A stretch of 64,000 nt of DNA, taken from assembly GCA_026026165.1 (NCBI GenBank), contig JAPEUD010000011.1:434001-498000 (forward strand), written 5' to 3'. This document shows, piece by piece, positions 62,101 through 64,000 of this stretch (positions are counted from its first letter, which is position 1; the number at the start of each line of letters is the position of its first letter). The notes below the pieces were generated by a model. That model was not told where the DNA came from and searched no databases. It worked only from the letters and a program-made list of their open reading frames with translations. A program made the position numbers and the translations under genes. Origin of the DNA: Sarea resinae (taxonomy: Eukaryota).

Positions 62101-64000
62101 TACTAATATATCTTAAAGAACTTAAATAGGTAGCAGAATAAGTGTATCAATTAATATAAGCTATTAGCCTATAGCCTAGTAACTAAGTAATAAGAAGAAG
62201 AGAAGAAAACTAACGCGCTAACTGCTTGCTTAACTAAATGCTAGAAAAACTAATAACTCTTTAGAATGTATAAAGAACTAATAAATACTCTCTTTCTAAA
62301 CCCCTAAGGAACATAACTCTACTACTAATACCTAATAACTAAGCTGTTACTAGTTTACCCTATTATATCTATCCTCTCTATAAGAGGAAGTTAGCCTATA
62401 ACTTCTAAAAAGAAAAAGAAGATATTTAACTAAAAGAGAGTGTAGATAGGCATACTATTATTATAGGTTCTCTCTGCGTTTCTTAGTTAAGTAGTAAAGA
62501 GATAGATCTATTGCTTACTTATATAATTATAGTAGTTCACCTATTATAAGATTGTTAGAATCCTCTCTAAAGGGATTTAGCTGCAGTAAGGTTTAATTGC
62601 AAGCAGATTGTTATAGCTAGGCTGCTAAATAGTGCGATCTATTGTTAGAACTTAACTCTTAGTAGTAGCTCTCTCCTTTAGGAGTAGCTATTTCTGTTAG
62701 CGCTAGCAGATCTTCTATGCTAGGTGCAGGTAGTTCTCTTATGCTTAGAGCAAAGGACTTAGAATAAACAATTGCTAATAGAGCTATAGAGGTATATTGT
62801 TTCTTTAGTTAGTAAGGTAGAAACAGGCCTTTAGCTTTACACTTATTAGGCTAGAGAGTGCTAGTCAGGCTAGAAGATATTAGGCTAATTATGCTAAGCC
62901 TAAGCTCTAGAATAGTTTGCCTAACTTTAGCCTCTAGTAATAACTTAATATCTAGTTAAGTAGGAAATTTTTATCTAGCTAGGCTAGAAGATATCTTAAA
63001 GAGATTGTTATTATTGTTGTCCTTAAAGAGCTATAGATTGCTGTTATTGTCTTCTACTAACACATTATACTCCTTTAAATACTAATAGGACTTTTCTCTA
63101 TATAATTACTGCTTAGCTCTCTTAAACACTGCAAATACTACCTTATATTTTATAATTGCTTAATATCTCTACTTAGCTATAAAGAGCTTAGTAGTATCTG
63201 TATCTAGTCTAAAGAGAATCGCTTGCTGTTCTATAACCTCTAGATTATTATAGCAACGTTGCCTAACAAGTGCATCTAAAATAGCACTAAGCTCTATAAA
63301 AGAGACTACTACACTAAATTTGCTTAGAACTTAGCTGTGTATATTTAGGTGTCTTAACAGGCTATTTAGTAGAGGAACAAGGTTATAATATAACACTAAG
63401 AGCTGATCCTAGGTGCCTAAGCCTAATATTTCTAGCGTCTAATAGTCCTTTTTAATTGCTACTTTCTAAGAGTAGATAACATTGTACTTAGAGGTTAGTT
63501 TCTTTATCGCATTATAGATAATCTAAGGATCACTAAATCTAAGCCTAAGTTTAGGCATAGGATAGAGTGTCTTAGTGATTCTAAAATTATCTTTGTCCTT
63601 TACTATCAGCTAATTTCTATCTATCTAAGTAACATAACTATTATGTTTATAGAGCTTTAAATTACGCTCTTTTACCTCTACAGCCTAGTCACTAAAGATC
63701 TTATACTATCTAAGATATATATAGATACAGTTGTTATTATCCTTATAACTAAATGCAACTGCGCTTTGCACTATATTAATGCTAGTACTATCCTCTGCTA
63801 TTTTACAGATATTTTAGTCTAAATAGTAAAACCTTGTTTTATCCTCTAGTAATAACAACTTAGTATAGTAAGGGTAAGATATTAGGCGTTTCTTTTAGTT
63901 AGGCTAGAAGTAAATAGTTAACAAGTAGTGAAATAGATCTTAATTTAGTAGCTATTAGATAATAAAGTAGAATATAATACACACCTAGCCTAGATTTTTG

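Larger units (their letters stand above)
50500..64000. repeat. Large AT-rich block of nested, RIP-degraded transposon-derived DNA (heterochromatin-like), continuing past the window end
   Basis: Sharp GC drop; ORFs nearly absent; saturation with TAA/TAG/CTA and depletion of CpA/TpG/CpG. Confidence 0.93.

Noticed and set aside
50500..64000. Mitochondrial insertion (NUMT) or contaminant as the explanation for the AT-rich block
   Set aside because: Retrotransposon motifs, paired LTRs and TpA excess identify RIPed nuclear repeats.

Overview
Eukaryotic, intron-containing genomic DNA from a filamentous ascomycete (Pezizomycotina-type genes; GT-AG introns of ~50-100 nt with CTRAC branch sites). Bases 1-46.3 kb are gene-dense core euchromatin. 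In order they carry an MFS transporter with a very long disordered N-terminus, a NIT3-like omega-amidase, a low-complexity tail-anchored protein, ATG2, an ADA2/ADGF-type adenosine deaminase, a CNT nucleoside transporter, RMD8, a four-exon DUF2237 gene missed by the ORF track, an ELL-like elongation factor, a large-subunit catalase, RPL31, CHK1 and an E2-C/UBC11 enzyme. A small GC-normal island (47-50.5 kb) carries an SRPK-like kinase. From about 50.5 kb to the end the DNA is AT-rich and heavily degraded by RIP-like C>T mutation. Inside that block I can delimit a complete 7.4-kb Ty3/Gypsy chromovirus (51773-59189) with 309-bp LTRs, a CTGCT target-site duplication and a Tf1-like self-priming PBS. 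Its most unusual features are two AT-hook-like motifs after the integrase chromodomain and an antisense, two-intron gene encoding a Zn2Cys6-like protein between pol and the 3' LTR. All exon boundaries and de-RIP reconstructions were done by eye; no database searches were run.
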